From: Octopus bimaculoides
Lineage: Eukaryota
Direction of reading: 5' to 3'
DNA: 52,698 nt
Assembly: GCF_001194135.2 (NCBI RefSeq)
Contig: NC_068988.1
Span: 39,221,912-39,274,609 of the forward strand
Program-made: the position numbers and the translations under genes
Notes under the pieces: generated by a model
What the model was told of the DNA's origin: nothing
Databases searched by the model: none
The model's input: the letters and a program-made list of their open reading frames with translations, nothing else
Part shown: positions 50,139-52,698 of the stretch, piece after piece
How positions within the stretch are numbered: the stretch's first letter is position 1
Layout of the letters: each line of letters begins with the position of its first letter

Positions 50139-50564
50139 TACTCTTTTACTTGTTTCAGTCATTTGAGTGCGGCCATGCTGGGGTACCGCCTTTAGTCGAG
50201 CAAATCAAATCGACTCCCAGGACTTATTCTTTGTAAGCGTAGTACTTATTCTATCGGTCTCTTTTTGCCGAACCGCTAAATTACAGGGACGTAAACACAC
50301 CAGCACCGGTTGTCAAGCGAAGTTGGCGGGGGACAAACACAGACACACAAACATATACACACACATAAATATATATATATATATATATAAATACATATAT
50401 ACGACGGGCTTCTTTCAGTTTCCGTCTACCAAATCCACTCACAAGGCTTTGGTCGGCTCGAGGCTATAGTAGAAGACACTTGCCCAAGGTGCCACGCAGT
50501 GGGACTGAACCCAGAACCATGTAGTTACTAAGCAAACTATTTACCACACAGCCACTCCTGCACC
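50139..50564 (-). mobile_element. SINE family A, full-length copy
   Basis: Complete head, microsatellite, body and tail in reverse complement. Confidence 0.92.
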
Positions 50565-50834
50565 TAGTAGTTGAAAAATATTTTGAATGTTACTGCTATA
50601 GCCCACGGTAGTTATTATAGCATTAACGTCCATCAACGTTTTAGTTAGACATAGGAATCGGTATTTGAACGGTTAGGTGAAACACTAATTATGAAACAAA
50701 CGGTATATATAATTGAAGTATTTGCAACTTGTAGTATAATTCCAGACTGGTGGAATAATAACCGACGTGATGCGGAAATCTCACGGATCACTTGAGTGAA
50801 ATAATGCACGAGTAATGATGCTAACGGATCATAT

Positions 50835-50887
<53 letters not shown>

Positions 50888-51569
50888 NNNNNNNNNNNNN
50901 NNNNNNNNNNNNNNNNNNNNNNNNNNNNNNNNNNNNNNNNNNNNNNNNNNNNNNNNNNNNNNNNNNNNNNNNNNNNNNNNNNNNNNNNNNNNNNNNNNNN
51001 NNNNNNNNNNNNNNNNNNNNNNNNNNNNNNNNNNNNNNNNNNNNNNNNNNNNNNNNNNNNNNNNNNNNNNNNNNNNNNNNNNNNNNNNNNNNNNNNNNNN
51101 NNNNNNNNNNNNNNNNNNNNNNNNNNNNNNNNNNNNNNNNNNNNNNNNNNNNNNNNNNNNNNNNNNNNNNNNNNNNNNNNNNNNNNNNNNNNNNNNNNNN
51201 NNNNNNNNNNNNNNNNNNNNNNNNNNNNNNNNNNNNNNNNNNNNNNNNNNNNNNNNNNNNNNNNNNNNNNNNNNNNNNNNNNNNNNNNNNNNNNNNNNNN
51301 NNNNNNNNNNNNNNNNNNNNNNNNNNNNNNNNNNNNNNNNNNNNNNNNNNNNNNNNNNNNNNNNNNNNNNNNNNNNNNNNNNNNNNNNNNNNNNNNNNNN
51401 NNNNNNNNNNNNNNNNNNNNNNNNNNNNNNNNNNNNNNNNNNNNNNNNNNNNNNNNNNNNNNNNNNNNNNNNNNNNNNNNNNNNNNNNNNNNNNNNNNNN
51501 NNNNNNNNNNNNNNNNNNNNNATATATATACCTGAAAAAAATATATTTACACCGTTTCCTCAAACTTCA

Positions 51570-52545
51570 CTCCGAAAGGTGTGCTGTTTGTGTATATGTA
51601 GACATTGTCCCCACACACCATGTTATTCTTCCCTGAATCTCATTTATTGTGCCTCGTTTAAAGTCTACTTTCTCATCCCAAGTATATCTTCTCTCTCCGC
51701 CGCTCTTTGAATTTTCTCGAACCACCAGGAACTCTTCGTTCATATTTTCCACCCTGCCTTGAAGTCTCGTATCTCACTTCAATGCTCACCAAGATTATTG
51801 CTCATAGTCATTTCACTGCTCACAGCAATTGCTGAATTGCTGGCTCAAACATTCGTCCAATGCGGACACCGCAGCTGCCTAAGCGGACACATTTTTGCAA
51901 TCCTCAACTCTCTACAGCGACTCGTTTATCGCCTACACGCATCTCTAATCGACAGAGAGACACTCTACACTCTTCATTGCTTTTCTCACCTCAAAATTTT
52001 CCCTGTACCAGGCCGTAACTAGTTCTGCACCTACAGGATCATGCAACCACTGGTTCCTCGCAACTCTCCAACACACATCCATGTACTACTAAACACCTCC
52101 CTTTGTTTCACGGATTTTATGACTCTTCAAGTCAGCCGACGAGTCAGAGCTACGCCTATTTTATGCCAATTATTCATGGCAGCAAATCTGTTTCACCTCT
52201 GGTCCACGTTCTTCTACAACGAAACCTCACTGCCTGGAGTCTCTGGAATGGTTTACTTATAGTTGCATTTCATCTGTTCAACAAAATAGAAAAATGACCG
52301 GCAATATCACGCATGGAAGGACTCATAATTTCTAAAGATTGGACTGAGCCGCTACGTTTGCAATATCACTATCCAAACTGCAAAGGATGTCTTTTCATCA
52401 CCGATTTTATGCACCGGAAAGGCAAGATCAGATACATTTTGTTACCAGTAAGGTCAGCTCCTAATATGAAGTCAATCAAACTGGGATAATGAACGGCAAG
52501 GTAGAGGTATGAAATTAGGTCGTAAAGACGAAGAGAGCTATAGTG
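51570..52545 (-). mobile_element. Probable decayed Ty3/Gypsy gag-pol remnant (protease end and linker)
   Basis: LIDFILGADLTGNK resembles the Gypsy DxILGNDLAG motif and is followed by VLPCVI (cf. FPACxVTR); many stops in all frames. Confidence 0.4.
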
Positions 52546-52568
52546 AATACCATAGGATAAATTCTTGA

Positions 52569-52569
<1 letters not shown>

Positions 52570-52636
<67 letters not shown>
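52570..52636. repeat. (TATC)n tetranucleotide microsatellite (others at ~4868-4939, 7677-7741, 13785-13864, 27822-27853, 32464-32521, 47284-47341)
   Basis: Direct. Confidence 0.95.
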
Positions 52637-52698
52637 ATCATGGACGGACGGTAGACACATCGGCTCCCATGTAAGTTGCATTTTTCACCTCTTAAAAG

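Noticed and set aside
309-51710. Long ORFs rich in YI, HT, CV, M or I repeats, or in X, in the ORF track
   Set aside because: They are translations of microsatellites and N-gaps, not genes.
1-52698. CRISPR arrays, operons, prophage or defence systems
   Set aside because: There are no regularly spaced repeat-spacer arrays and no prokaryotic gene organisation; the DNA is eukaryotic.

Overview
AT-rich, microsatellite-dense animal genomic DNA from a gapped short-read assembly: 23 N-gaps totalling roughly 8.9 kb, almost all abutting (CA)n, (TA)n or (TACA)n runs. The repeat families resemble those of octopus/coleoid cephalopod assemblies; this is my inference, not a search result. No prokaryotic genes, CRISPR arrays, rRNA or intact tRNA genes are present, and nearly all long ORFs in the track are microsatellite or N-gap artefacts. 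The window is intron- or intergenic-like. It contains many tRNA-derived SINE copies from at least three families, several MITEs, and decayed relics of mariner, Tigger/pogo, CR1-like, R4/Dong-like, Penelope-like and probably Ty3/Gypsy elements. The most interesting structure is at 36912-38438. A ~0.6-kb head-to-head palindromic element (two tRNA-like Pol III heads, each followed by a minimal hammerhead-ribozyme fold) sits between 13-bp target-site duplications inside an older fold-back inverted duplication. A second minimal-hammerhead repeat family (7544-7581, with a decayed copy at 4141-4175) and a Penelope-like RT/GIY-YIG relic (24030-24850) are also present. No host gene could be named; a phase-consistent three-exon chain on the + strand (27041-29410) and a few orphan exon candidates are reported at low confidence.
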